The notes under the pieces are model-generated. The model worked only from the letters and a program-made list of their open reading frames with translations, had not been told where the DNA came from and searched no databases. Of a DNA stretch of 64,000 nt, positions 10,501 to 24,500 are shown piece by piece (positions within the stretch are counted from its first letter, which is position 1; the number at the start of each line of letters is the position of its first letter). Location of the stretch: assembly GCA_032718475.1 (NCBI GenBank), contig JAUCBJ010007863.1:1-64000 (forward strand), in the 5' to 3' direction. The translations under genes and the position numbers were made by a program. This DNA comes from Nemertoderma westbladi. Lineage: Eukaryota > Animalia > Xenacoelomorpha.

Positions 10501-12513
10501 AGATGGAAGGAGTGATGAAGGGCTACGAAACGGCTAAGTTAACCATAAAGAACGCCTTGGTACACACAGACCTCCGGGTGCGGTTCCGACAATCAGCCGA
10601 GTATGCCCCCCTCATACAATTGGACCGGGACGATGTAGACCTGAGGTGCCCGCAGTTGGACGTAAACCGTATCACCCTACTGATCGGACTCGATACACCG
10701 GAACTACACATCCCAACCGGAGATATCGCCCGATCCATAAACCAGGATGACGGATTTTATGCTGAACGAACAATAATGGGATGGACACTCTGCGGCATTA
10801 AGGAGGAAACTACGGACACCTATACCTACCTTCCCAAATGTCAGATTAAAGAGAATGTAATCTCCGTGGGTTATTGCTCAGCTTCGGATCTCGATGAGGA
10901 TTTGTTTCTGGAATCCGAGAAAACTCAACGAGAGATGACGAAATATTTTAATTTGGAGACCCAGGAGTTCGCGGAAAAGGACGAAAACCCATCCGAAGAG
11001 GACCAATATTGCATGGACGTTCTCGACCAGGCCACGTTTAAAGACGGACATTGGTGTTCACCTATGTTATGGAAGGATCCAAACAAACCAATGGCAAACA
11101 ACGCCAGCATGGCACTTAAACGACTTAAAGGGATTCTACGCCGGCTGAATGACCAACCTGAAATAAAGGAGAAATATAATACCGTAATCCAAGGATATCT
11201 CGATGATGGATTAGCAGAAATGGTACCACGGAATGAACTGCAAGGTGGTAAAAGAACATATTATCTCCCAACCCACTATGTAGTAGAAGCCCGCAAAGGG
11301 GGGAAAATCCGAGTGGTAAATGATGCTGCCGCTATGTACCAGGGCGAATCCCTAAACAGTCAACTTTACACGGGACCCAACATATATAGCACACTCATCG
11401 GCGTATTGATCAGGTTCAGGGAAAACCGGGTAGCATTTACCTGTGACATCAAGGCCATGTTTCATCAAGTTCGTACGTTACCAAAAGATTCGGACTGTCT
11501 ACGTATCCTATGGACGGATAAAACGCTTACTCAACAGGAGATTAGCCAACTCACGATACGGGACGTAGACGTAATGCGTATGGTCGTCAGGATCTTCGGC
11601 GCTAAGGACTCGCCGGTAGCATGCAGTGACATGCTAAAGAGGACGGCAACTATGTGCGAAAACGAGTTCCCTCCAACCGTCATAGAAACCATTCGACGAT
11701 GTTTCTACGTGGACGACGGATGCGCCGGCGCGGATAACGTGGATGAGGCATATCGGCTAGCAATGGGGATGGTGGAATGTCTAAAGAAAGGAGGGTTTCC
11801 GCTCGTAAAGTTCAGATCCCATGACAAAACACTTATGGAAAAGTTTCCGGAGGACATCCGGCTGGAAGATAACAAAATGTATTCGGAGGATGTAGAACAT
11901 CGTGTACTTGGGATTGAATGGGACATAGAATCAGACGAATTCATCTTCAAGTATAAACCCCTAACCAAGCCTATGACAAAAAGGGGATGTCTGTCGATAA
12001 AAAGTGCAATCTTCGACCCACTGAATTTCATATCTCCAGTAACCTTGGCCGGAATGAACCTGATTAAGGAAATGTGGATAGAAGGACTGGGATGGGACGA
12101 AGAGCTCCCCCCATACCTTAGCGTCAAATGGAGAAAATGGACGGAGCAGCTCGAACACCTACATCTTATGCGAATACCTAGACCGTTCTTCCTCGATAAA
12201 CTGCCCACCGATATCTTCCAGCTCCACACCTTTTCGGATGCTTCAAATACCGGAATCGGCGTAGTAACCTTCTTACGGAGACTAAGTAGCGATGGAAACG
12301 GCGATACAAGTTTCTTATTCTCCAAAGCAAAGACGGTATCCGGGGAATTCGTAGCAACGATTCCGAGACTCGAGCTACAAGCTGCAGTTTGGGCAGTAAG
12401 ACAGAATCGCATGGCTATGCGGAACCTACGGATCCCCATAGAATCTCAACACTTCTGGGTAGATTCGAGTATAGTTCTTTATTATCTCCACTCTCCATCA
12501 CGGCGTCACACCA
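7590..12513 (+). pseudogene. gag-pol: BEL/Pao gag-pol polyprotein: coiled-coil Gag, capsid-like region, 3 Cys/His knuckles, aspartic protease, RT, partial RNase H; one in-frame TAA at 8655-8657; integrase missing
   Basis: ORFs 7590 and 8841 share a frame, open between except for one stop; FEGDPVDY; CLFC/CFRC/CAVC..HHTLLH; AFLDNGS; KIRVVNDAAA, DIKAMFHQV, FYVDD; HTFSDAS, IPRLELQAA, FWVDS. Confidence 0.95.
8230..8560 (+). repeat. In-frame 21/33-bp tandem repeats encoding an EAERQAEQRKQ coiled-coil segment of Gag
   Basis: Recurrent GAGGCCGAAC...CAGGCCGAACAAC. Confidence 0.9.
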
Positions 12514-15500
12514 CCTTTATAAACTAACGTATAGAAGGTGTTTCCTTTATAAACTAACGTATAGAAGGTGTTTCCTTTATAAACTGACGTATAGAAAGTG
12601 TTTCCTTTATAAACTAACGTATAGAAGGTGTTTCCTTTATAAACTAACGTATAGAAGGTGTTTCCTTTATAAACTAACGTATAGAAGGTGTTTCCTTTAT
12701 AAACTAACGTATAGAAGGTGTTTCCTTTATAAACTAACGTATAGAAGGTGTTTCCTTTATAAACTAACGTATAGAAGGTGTTTCCTTTATAAACTAACGT
12801 ATAGAAAGTGTTTCCTTTATAAACTAACGTATAGAAGGTGTTTCCTTTATAAACTAACGTATAGAAGGTGTTTCCTTTATAAACTAACGTATAGAAGGTG
12901 TTTCCTTTATAAACTAACGTATAGAAGGTGTTTCCTTTATAAACTAACGTATAGAAGGTGTTTCCTTTATAAACTAACGTATATAAGGTGTTTCCTTTAT
13001 AAACTAACGTATATAAGGTGTTTCCTTTATAAACTAACGTATATAAGGTGTTTCCTTTGTAAACTAACGTGTAGAAGGTGTTTACTTTATAAACTAACGT
13101 ATAGAAGGTGTTTCCTTTATAAACTAACGTATATAAGGTGTCTCCTTTATAAACTAACGTATAAAAGGTGTTTCCTTTATAAACTAACGTATAGAAGGTG
13201 TTTCCTTTATAAACTAACGTATATAAGGTGTTTCCTTTATAAACTAACGTATATAAGGTGTTTCCTTTATAAACTAACGTATATAAGGTGTTTCCTTTAT
13301 AAACTAACGTGTAGAAGGTGTTTACTTTATAAACTAACGTATAGAAGGTGTTTCCTTTATAAACTAACGTATATAAGGTGTCTCCTTTATAAACTAACGT
13401 ATAAAAGGTGTTTCCTTTATAAACTAACGTATATAAGGTGTTTCCTTTATAAACTAACGTATAAAAGGTGTTTCCTTTATAAACTAACGTATAGAAGGTG
13501 TTTCCTTTATAAACTAACGTATATAAGGTGTTTCCTTTATAAACTAACGTATATAAGGTGTTTCCTTTATAAACTAACGTATATAAGGTGTTTCCTTTAT
13601 AAACTAACGTGTAGAAGGTGTTTACTTTATAAACTAACGTATAAAAGGTGTTTCCTTTATAAACTAACGTATATAAGGTGTTTCCTTTATAAACTAACGT
13701 ATATAAGGTGTTTCCTTTATAAACTAACGTATAGAAAGTGTTTCCTTTATAAACTAACGTATAGAAGGTGTTTCCTTTATAAACTAACGTATAGAAGGTG
13801 TTTCCTTTATAAACTAACGTATAGAAGGTGTTTCCTTTATAAACTAACGTGTAAAAGGTGTTTACTTTATAAACTAACGTATAGAAGGTGTTTACTTTAT
13901 AAACTAACGTATAGAAGGTGTTTCCTTTATAAACTAACGTATAGAAGGTGTTTCCTTTATAAACTAACGTATAGAAGGTGTTTCCTTTATAAACTAACGT
14001 ATAGAAGGTGTCTCCTTTATAAACTAACGTATAGAAAGTGTTTCCTTTATAAACTAACGTATAGAAGGTGTTTCCTTTATAAACTAACGTATAGAAGGTG
14101 TTTCCTTTATAAACTAACGTATAGAAGGTGTTTCCTTTATAAACTAACGTATAGAAGGTGTTTCCTTTATAAACTAACGTGTAAAAGGTGTTTACTTTAT
14201 AAACTAACGTATAGAAGGTGTTTACTTTATAAACTAACGTATAGAAGGTGTTTCCTTTATAAACTAACGTATAGAAGGTGTTTCCTTTATAAACTAACGT
14301 ATAGAAGGTGTTTCCTTTATAAACTAACGTATAGAAGGTGTCTCCTTTATAAACTAACGTATAGAAAGTGTTTCCTTTATAAACTAACGTATAGAAGGTG
14401 TTTCCTTTATAAACTAACGTATAGAAGGTGTTTCCTTTATAAACTAACGTATAGAAAGTGTTTCCTTTATAAACTAACGTATAGAAGGAGTTTCCTTTAT
14501 AAACTAACGTGTAGAAGGTGTTTCCTTTATAAACTAACGTATATAGAAGGTGTTTCCTTTATAAACTAACGTATATAAGGTGTTTCCTTTATAAACTAAC
14601 GTATAGAAAGTGTTTCCTTTATAAACTACCGTATAGAAGGTGTTTCCTTTATAAAATAACGTATATAAGGTGTTTCCTTTATAAACTAACGTGTAGAAGG
14701 TGTTTCCTTTATAAACTAACGTATAGAAGGTGTTTCCTTTATAAACTAACGTATATAAGGTGTTTCCTTTATAAATTAACGTATAGAAGGTGTTTCCTTT
14801 ATAAACTAACGTATAGAAAGTGTTTCCTTTATAAACTAACGTATAGAAAGTGTTTCCTTTATAAACTAACGTATAGAAGGTGTTTCCTTTATAAACTAAC
14901 GTATAGAAGGTGTTTCCTTTATAAACTAACGTATATAAGGTGTTTCCTTTATAAACTAACGTATAGAAGGTGTTTCCTTTATAAACTAACGTATAGAAAG
15001 TGTTTCCTTTATAGACTAACGTATAGAAGGTGTTTCCTTTATAAACTAACGTGTAGAAGGTGTTTCCTTTATAAACTAACGTGTAGAAGGTGTTTCCTTT
15101 ATAAACTAACGTATAGAAGGTGTTTCCTTTATAAACTAACGTATATAAGGTGTTTCCTTTATAAACTAACGTATAGAAGGTGTTTCCATTATAAACTAAC
15201 GTATAGAAGGTGTTTCCTTTATAAACTAACGTATATAAGGTGTTTCCTTTATAAACTAACGTATATAAGGTGTTTCCATTATAAACTAACGTATATAAGG
15301 TGTTTCCTTTATAAACTAACGTATATAAGGTGTTTCCTTTATAAACTAACGTATAGAAGGTGTTTCCTTTATAAACTAACGTATAGAAAGTGTTTCCTTT
15401 ATAGACTAACGTATAGAAGGTGTTTCCTTTATAAACTAACGTGTAGAAGGTGTTTCCTTTATAAACTAACGTGTAGAAGGTGTTTCCTTTATAAACTAAC

Positions 15501-18500
15501 GTATAGAAGGTGTTTCCTTTATAAACTAACGTATATAAGGTGTTTCCTTTATAAACTAACGTATAGAAGGTGTTTCCATTATAAACTAACGTATAGAAGG
15601 TGTTTCCCTTATAAACTAACGTATATAAGGTGTTTCCTTTATAAACTAACGTATATAAGGTGTTTCCTTTATAAACTAACGTATATAAGGTGTTTCCTTT
15701 ATAAACTAACGTATATAAGGTGTTTCCTTTATAAACTAACGTATAGAAGGTGTTTCCTTTATAAACTAACGTATAGAAGGTGTTTCCTTTATAAACTAAC
15801 GTATAGAAGGTGTTTCCTTTATAAACTAACGTATAGAAGGTGTTTCCTTTATAAACTAACGTATAGAAGGTGTTTCCTTTATAAACTAACGTATAGAAGG
15901 TGTTTCCTTTATAAACTAACGTATAGAAAGTGTTTCCTTTATAAACTAACGTATAGAAGGTGTTTCCTTTATAAACTAACGTATAGAAGGTGTTTCCTTT
16001 ATAAACTAACGTATAGAAGGTGTTTCCTTTATAAACTAACGTATAGAAGGTGTTTCCTTTATAAACTAACGTATAGAAGGTGTTTCCTTTATAAACTAAC
16101 GTATATAAGGTGTTTCCTTTATAAACTAACGTATATAAGGTGTTTCCTTTATAAACTAACGTATATAAGGTGTTTCCTTTATAAACTAACGTGTAGAAGG
16201 TGTTTACTTTATAAACTAACGTATAGAAGGTGTTTCCTTTATAAACTAACGTATATAAGGTGTCTCCTTTATAAACTAACGTATAAAAGGTGTTTCCTTT
16301 ATAAACTAACGTATAGAAGGTGTTTCCTTTATAAACTAACGTATATAAGGTGTTTCCTTTATAAACTAACGTATATAAGGTGTTTCCTTTATAAACTAAC
16401 GTATATAAGGTGTTTCCTTTATAAACTAACGTGTAGAAGGTGTTTACTTTATAAACTAACGTATAGAAGGTGTTTCCTTTATAAACTAACGTATATAAGG
16501 TGTCTCCTTTATAAACTAACGTATAAAAGGTGTTTCCTTTATAAACTAACGTATATAAGGTGTTTCCTTTATAAACTAACGTATAAAAGGTGTTTCCTTT
16601 ATAAACTAACGTATAGAAGGTGTTTCCTTTATAAACTAACGTATATAAGGTGTTTCCTTTATAAACTAACGTATATAAGGTGTTTCCTTTATAAACTAAC
16701 GTATATAAGGTGTTTCCTTTATAAACTAACGTGTAGAAGGTGTTTACTTTATAAACTAACGTATAGAAGGTGTTTCCTTTATAAACTAACGTATATAAGG
16801 TGTTTCCTTTATAAACTAACGTATATAAGGTGTTTCCTTTATAAACTAACGTATAGAAAGTGTTTCCTTTATAAACTAACGTATAGAAGGTGTTTCCTTT
16901 ATAAACTAACGTATAGAAGGTGTTTCCTTTATAAACTAACGTATAGAAGGTGTTTCCTTTATAAACTAACGTGTAAAAGGTGTTTACTTTATAAACTAAC
17001 GTATAGAAGGTGTTTACTTTATAAACTAACGTATAGAAGGTGTTTCCTTTATAAACTAACGTATAGAAGGTGTTTCCTTTATAAACTAACGTATAGAAGG
17101 TGTTTCCTTTATAAACTAACGTATAGAAGGTGTCTCCTTTATAAACTAACGTATAGAAAGTGTTTCCTTTATAAACTAACGTATAGAAGGTGTTTCCTTT
17201 ATAAACTAACGTATAGAAGGTGTTTCCTTTATAAACTAACGTATAGAAAGTGTTTCCTTTATAAACTAACGTATAGAAGGAGTTTCCTTTATAAACTAAC
17301 GTGTAGAAGGTGTTTCCTTTATAAACTAACGTATATAGAAGGTGTTTCCTTTATAAACTAACGTGTAGAAGGTGTTTCCTTTATAAAATAACGTATATAA
17401 GGTGTTTCCTTTATAAACTAACGTGTAGAAGGTGTTTCCTTTATAAACTAACGTATAGAAGGTGTTTCCTTTATAAACTAACGTATATAAGGTGTTTCCT
17501 TTATAAATTAACGTATAGAAGGTGTTTCCTTTATAAACTAACGTATAGAAAGTGTTTCCTTTATAAACTAACGTATAGAAAGTGTTTCCTTTATAAACTA
17601 ACGTATAGAAGGTGTTTCCTTTATAAACTAACGTATAGAAGGTGTTTCCTTTATAAACTAACGTATATAAGGTGTTTCCTTTATAAACTAACGTATAGAA
17701 GGTGTTTCCTTTATAAACTAACGTATAGAAAGTGTTTCCTTTATAGACTAACGTATAGAAGGTGTTTCCTTTATAAACTAACGTGTAGAAGGTGTTTCCT
17801 TTATAAACTAACGTGTAGAAGGTGTTTCCTTTATAAACTAACGTATAGAAGGTGTTTCCTTTATAAACTAACGTATATAAGGTGTTTCCTTTATAAACTA
17901 ACGTATAGAAGGTGTTTCCATTATAAACTAACGTATAGAAGGTGTTTCCTTTATAAACTAACGTATATAAGGTGTTTCCTTTATAAACTAACGTATATAA
18001 GGTGTTTCCATTATAAACTAACGTATATAAGGTGTTTCCTTTATAAACTAACGTATATAAGGTGTTTCCTTTATAAACTAACGTATAGAAGGTGTTTCCT
18101 TTATAAACTAACGTATAGAAAGTGTTTCCTTTATAGACTAACGTATAGAAGGTGTTTCCTTTATAAACTAACGTGTAGAAGGTGTTTCCTTTATAAACTA
18201 ACGTGTAGAAGGTGTTTCCTTTATAAACTAACGTATAGAAGGTGTTTCCTTTATAAACTAACGTATATAAGGTGTTTCCTTTATAAACTAACGTATAGAA
18301 GGTGTTTCCATTATAAACTAACGTATAGAAGGTGTTTCCCTTATAAACTAACGTATATAAGGTGTTTCCTTTATAAACTAACGTATATAAGGTGTTTCCT
18401 TTATAAACTAACGTATATAAGGTGTTTCCTTTATAAACTAACGTATATAAGGTGTTTCCTTTATAAACTAACGTATAGAAGGTGTTTCCTTTATAAACTA

Positions 18501-21500
18501 ACGTATAGAAGGTGTTTCCTTTATAAACTAACGTATAGAAGGTGTTTCCTTTATAAACTAACGTATAGAAGGTGTTTCCTTTATAAACTAACGTGTAGAA
18601 GGTGTTTACTTTATAAACTAACGTATAGAAGGTGTTTCCTTTATAAACTAACGTATAGAAGGTGTTTCCTTTATAAACTAACGTATAGAAAGGTGTTTCC
18701 TTTATAAACTAACGTATAGAAGGTGTTTCCTTTATAAACTAACGTATAGAAGGTGTTTCCTTTATAAACTAACGTATAGAAGGTGTTTCCTTTATAAACT
18801 AACGTATAGAAGGTGTTTCCTTTATAAACTAACGTATAGAAGGTGTTTCCTTTATAAACTAACGTATAGAAGGTGTTTCCTTTATAAACTAACGTATATA
18901 AGGTGTTTCCTTTATAAACTAACGTATAGAAGGTGTTTCCTTTATAAACTAACGTATATAAGGTGTTTCCTTTATAAACTAACGTATATAAGGTGTTTCC
19001 TTTATAAACTAACGTATAGAAAGTGTTTCCTTTATAAACTAACGTATAGAAGGTGTTTCCTTTATAAACTAACGTATAGAAGGTGTTTCCTTTATAAACT
19101 AACGTATAGAAGGTGTTTCCTTTATAAACTAACGTGTAAAAGGTGTTTACTTTATAAACTAACGTATAGAAGGTGTTTACTTTATAAACTAACGTATAGA
19201 AGGTGTTTCCTTTATAAACTAACGTATAGAAGGTGTTTCCTTTATAAACTAACGTATAGAAGGTGTTTCCTTTATAAACTAACGTATAGAAGGTGTCTCC
19301 TTTATAAACTAACGTATAGAAAGTGTTTCCTTTATAAACTAACGTATAGAAGGTGTTTCCTTTATAAACTAACGTATAGAAGGTGTTTCCTTTATAAACT
19401 AACGTATAGAAAGTGTTTCCTTTATAAACTAACGTATAGAAGGAGTTTCCTTTATAAACTAACGTGTAGAAGGTGTTTCCTTTATAAACTAACGTATATA
19501 GAAGGTGTTTCCTTTATAAACTAACGTGTAGAAGGTGTTTCCTTTATAAAATAACGTATATAAGGTGTTTCCTTTATAAACTAACGTGTAGAAGGTGTTT
19601 CCTTTATAAACTAACGTATAGAAGGTGTTTCCTTTATAAACTAACGTATATAAGGTGTTTCCTTTATAAATTAACGTATAGAAGGTGTTTCCTTTATAAA
19701 CTAACGTATAGAAAGTGTTTCCTTTATAAACTAACGTATAGAAAGTGTTTCCTTTATAAACTAACGTATAGAAGGTGTTTCCTTTATAAACTAACGTATA
19801 GAAGGTGTTTCCTTTATAAACTAACGTATATAAGGTGTTTCCTTTATAAACTAACGTATAGAAGGTGTTTCCTTTATAAACTAACGTATAGAAAGTGTTT
19901 CCTTTATAGACTAACTTATAGAAGGTGTTTCCTTTATAAACTAACGTGTAGAAGGTGTTTCCTTTATAAACTAACGTGTAGAAGGTGTTTCCTTTATAAA
20001 CTAACGTATAGAAGGTGTTTCCTTTATAAACTAACGTATATAAGGTGTTTCCTTTATAAACTAACGTATAGAAGGTGTTTCCATTATAAACTAACGTATA
20101 GAAGGTGTTTCCTTTATAAACTAACGTATATAAGGTGTTTCCTTTATAAACTAACGTATATAAGGTGTTTCCATTATAAACTAACGTATATAAGGTGTTT
20201 CCTTTATAAACTAACGTATATAAGGTGTTTCCTTTATAAACTAACGTATAGAAGGTGTTTCCTTTATAAACTAACGTATAGAAAGTGTTTCCTTTATAGA
20301 CTAACGTATAGAAGGTGTTTCCTTTATAAACTAACGTGTAGAAGGTGTTTCCTTTATAAACTAACGTGTAGAAGGTGTTTCCTTTATAAACTAACGTATA
20401 GAAGGTGTTTCCTTTATAAACTAACGTATATAAGGTGTTTCCTTTATAAACTAACGTATAGAAGGTGTTTCCATTATAAACTAACGTATAGAAGGTGTTT
20501 CCCTTATAAACTAACGTATATAAGGTGTTTCCTTTATAAACTAACGTATATAAGGTGTTTCCTTTATAAACTAACGTATATAAGGTGTTTCCTTTATAAA
20601 CTAACGTATATAAGGTGTTTCCTTTATAAACTAACGTATAGAAGGTGTTTCCTTTATAAACTAACGTATAGAAGGTGTTTCCTTTATAAACTAACGTATA
20701 GAAGGTGTTTCCTTTATAAACTAACGTATAGAAGGTGTTTCCTTTATAAACTAACGTGTAGAAGGTGTTTACTTTATAAACTAACGTATAGAAGGTGTTT
20801 CCTTTATAAACTAACGTATAGAAAGTGTTTCCTTTATAAACTAACGTATAGAAAGTGTTTCCTTTATAAACTAACGTATAGAAGGTGTTTCCTTTATAAA
20901 CTAAAGTATAGAAGGTGTTTCCTTTATAAACTAACGTATAGAAGGTGTTTCCTTTATACACTAACGTATAGAAGGTGTTTCCTTTATAAACTAACGTGTA
21001 GAAGGTGTTTCCTTTATAAACTAACGTATAGAAGGTGTTTCCTTTATAAACTAACGTATATAAGGTGTTTCCTTTATAAATTAACGTATAGAAGGTGTTT
21101 CCTTTATAAACTAACGTATAGAAAGTGTTTCCTTTATAAACTAACGTATAGAAAGTGTTTCCTTTATAAACTGACGTATAGAAGGTGTTTCCTTTATAAA
21201 CTAACGTATAGAAGGTGTTTCCTTTATAAACTAACGTATATAAGGTGTTTCCTTTATAAACTAACGTATATAAGGTGTTCCATTTATAAACTAACGTATA
21301 GAAAGTGTTTCCTTTATAGACTAACGTATAGAAGGTGTTTCCTTTATAAACTAACGTGTAGAAGGTGTTTCCTTTATAAACTAACGTGTAGAAGGTGTTT
21401 CCTTTATAAACTAACGTATAGAAGGTGTTTCCTTTATAAACTAACGTATATAAGGTGTTTCCTTTATAAACTAACGTATAGAAGGTGTTTCCATTATAAA

Positions 21501-24500
21501 CTAACGTATAGAAGGTGTTTCCTTTATAAACTAACGTATATAAGGTGTTTCCTTTATAAACTAACGTATATAAGGTGTTTCCATTATAAACTAACGTATA
21601 TAAGGTGTTTCCTTTATAAACTAACGTATATAAGGTGTTTCCTTTATAAACTAACGTATAGAAGGTGTTTCCTTTATAAACTAACGTATAGAAAGTGTTT
21701 CCTTTATAGACTAACGTATAGAAGGTGTTTCCTTTATAAACTAACGTGTAGAAGGTGTTTCCTTTATAAACTAACGTGTAGAAGGTGTTTCCTTTATAAA
21801 CTAACGTATAGAAAGTGTTTCCTTTATAAACTAACGTATAGAAGGTGTTTCCTTTATAAACTAACGTATAGAAAGTGTTTCCTTTATAAACTAACGTATA
21901 GAAGGTGTTTCCTTTATAAACTAACGTATATAAGGTGTTTCCTTTATAAACTAACGTATATAAGGTGTTTCCTTTATAAACTAACGTATAGAAGGTGTTT
22001 CCTTTATAAACTAACGTATAGAAAGTGTTTCCTTTATAAACTAACGTATAGAAGGTGTTTCCTTTATAAACTAACGTATAGAAGGTGTTTCCTTTATAAA
22101 CTAAAGTATAGAAGGTGTTTCCTTTATAAACTAACGTATAGAAGGTGTTTCCTTTATAAACTAACGTATATAAGGTGTTTCCTTTATAAACTAACGTATA
22201 TAAGGTGTTTCCTTTATAAACTAACGTATATAAGGTGTTTCCTTTATAAACTAACGTATAAAAGGTGTTTCCTTTATAAACTAACGTATAGAAGGTGTTT
22301 CCTTTATAAACTAACGTATATAAGGTGTTTCCTTTATAAACTAACGTATATAAGGTGTTTCCTTTATAAACTAACGTATATAAGGTGTTTACTTTATAAA
22401 CTAACGTGTAGAAGGTGTTTACTTTATAAACTAACGTATAGAAGGTGTTTCCTTTATAAACTAACGTATATAAGGTGTCTCCTTTATAAACTAACGTATA
22501 AAAGGTGTTTCCTTTATAAACTAACGTATATAAGGTGTTTCCTTTATAAACTAACGTATAAAAGGTGTTTCCTTTATAAACTAACGTATAGAAGGTGTTT
22601 CCTTTATAAACTAACGTATATAAGGTGTTTCCTGTATAAACTAACGTATATAAGGTGTTTCCTTTATAAACTAACGTATATAAGGTGTTTCCTTTATAAA
22701 CTAACGTGTAGAAGGTGTTTACTTTATAAACTAACGTATAGAAGGTGTTTCCTTTATAAACTAACGTATATAAGGTGTTTCCTTTATAAACTAACGTATA
22801 TAAGGTGTTTCCTTTATAAACTAACGTATAGAAAGTGTTTCCTTTATAAACTAACATATAGAAGGTGTTTCCTTTATAAACTAACGTATAGAAGGTGTTT
22901 CCTTTATAAACTAACGTATATAAGGTGTTTCCTTTATAAACTAACGTATATAAGGTGTTTCCTTTATAAACTAACGTATAAAAGGTGTTTCCTTTATAAA
23001 CTAACGTATAGAAGGTGTTTCCTTTATAAACTAACGTATATAAGGTGTTTCCTTTATAAACTAACGTATATAAGGTGTTTCCTTTATAAACTAACGTATA
23101 TAAGGTGTTTCCTTTATAAACTAACGTGTAGAAGGTGTTTACTTTATAAACTAACGTATAGAAGGTGTTTCCTTTATAAACTAACGTATATAAGGTGTCT
23201 CCTTTATAAACTAACGTATAAAAGGTGTTTCCTTTATAAACTAACGTATATAAGGTGTTTCCTTTATAAACTAACGTATAAAAGGTGTTTCCTTTATAAA
23301 CTAACGTATAGAAGGTGTTTCCTTTATAAACTAACGTATATAAGGTGTTTCCTGTATAAACTAACGTATATAAGGTGTTTCCTTTATAAACTAACGTATA
23401 TAAGGTGTTTCCTTTATAAACTAACGTGTAGAAGGTGTTTACTTTATAAACTAACGTATAGAAGGTGTTTCCTTTATAAACTAACGTATATAAGGTGTTT
23501 CCTTTATAAACTAACGTATATAAGGTGTTTCCTTTATAAACTAACGTATAGAAAGTGTTTCCTTTATAAACTAACATATAGAAGGTGTTTCCTTTATAAA
23601 CTAACGTATAGAAGGTGTTTCCTTTATAAACTAACGTATAGAAGGTGTTTCCTTTATAAACTAACGTGTAAAAGGTGTTTACTTTATAAACTAACGTATA
23701 GAAGGTGTTTACTTTATAAACTAACGTATAGAAGGTGTTTCCTTTATAAACTAACGTATAGAAGGTGTTTCCTTTATAAACTAACGTATAGAAGGTGTTT
23801 CCTTTATAAACTAACGTATAGAAGGTGTCTCCTTTATAAACTAACGTATAGAAAGTGTTTCCTTTATAAACTAACGTATAGAAGGTGTTTCCTTTATAAA
23901 ATAACGTATAGAAGGTGTTTCCTTTATAAACTAACGTATAGAAAGTGTTTCCTTTATAAACTAACGTATAGAAGGAGTTTCCTTTATAAACTAACGTGTA
24001 GAAGGTGTTTCCTTTATAAACTAACGTATATAGAAGGTGTTTCCTTTATAAACTAACGTGTAGAAGGTGTTTCCTTTATAAAATAACGTATATAAGGTGT
24101 TTCCTTTATAAACTAACGTGTAGAAGGTGTTTCCTTTATAAACTAACGTATAGAAGGTGTTTCCTTTATAAACTAACGTATAGAAGGTGTTTCCTTTATA
24201 AACTAACGTATAGAAGGTGTTTCCTTTATAAACTAACGTGTAAAAGGTGTTTACTTTATAAACTAACGTATAGAAGGTGTTTACTTTATAAACTAACGTA
24301 TAGAAGGTGTTTCCTTTATAAACTAACGTATAGAAAGTGTTTCCTTTATAAACTAACGTATAGAAGGTGTTTCCTTTATAAACTAACGTATAGAAGGTGT
24401 TTCCTTTATAAACTAAAGTATAGAAGGTGTTTCCTTTATAAACTAACGTATAGAAGGTGTTTCCTTTATAAACTAACGTATATAAGGTGTTTCCTTTATA

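Larger units (their letters stand above)
6718..12513 (+). mobile_element. BEL/Pao retrotransposon 1, truncated within RNase H; begins TGTTCGCGG with a 161-bp terminus; no direct LTR or PBS recognised
   Basis: Satellite|TGT junction at 6717/6718; BEL-type gag-pol ORF; return to satellite at CA|CCTTTATAAAC (12513/12514). Confidence 0.92.

Noticed and set aside
6718-12513. DIRS element, suggested by inverted termini
   Set aside because: The ORF has an aspartic protease and BEL-specific RT/RNase H motifs; no tyrosine recombinase is seen, although the 3' part is missing.
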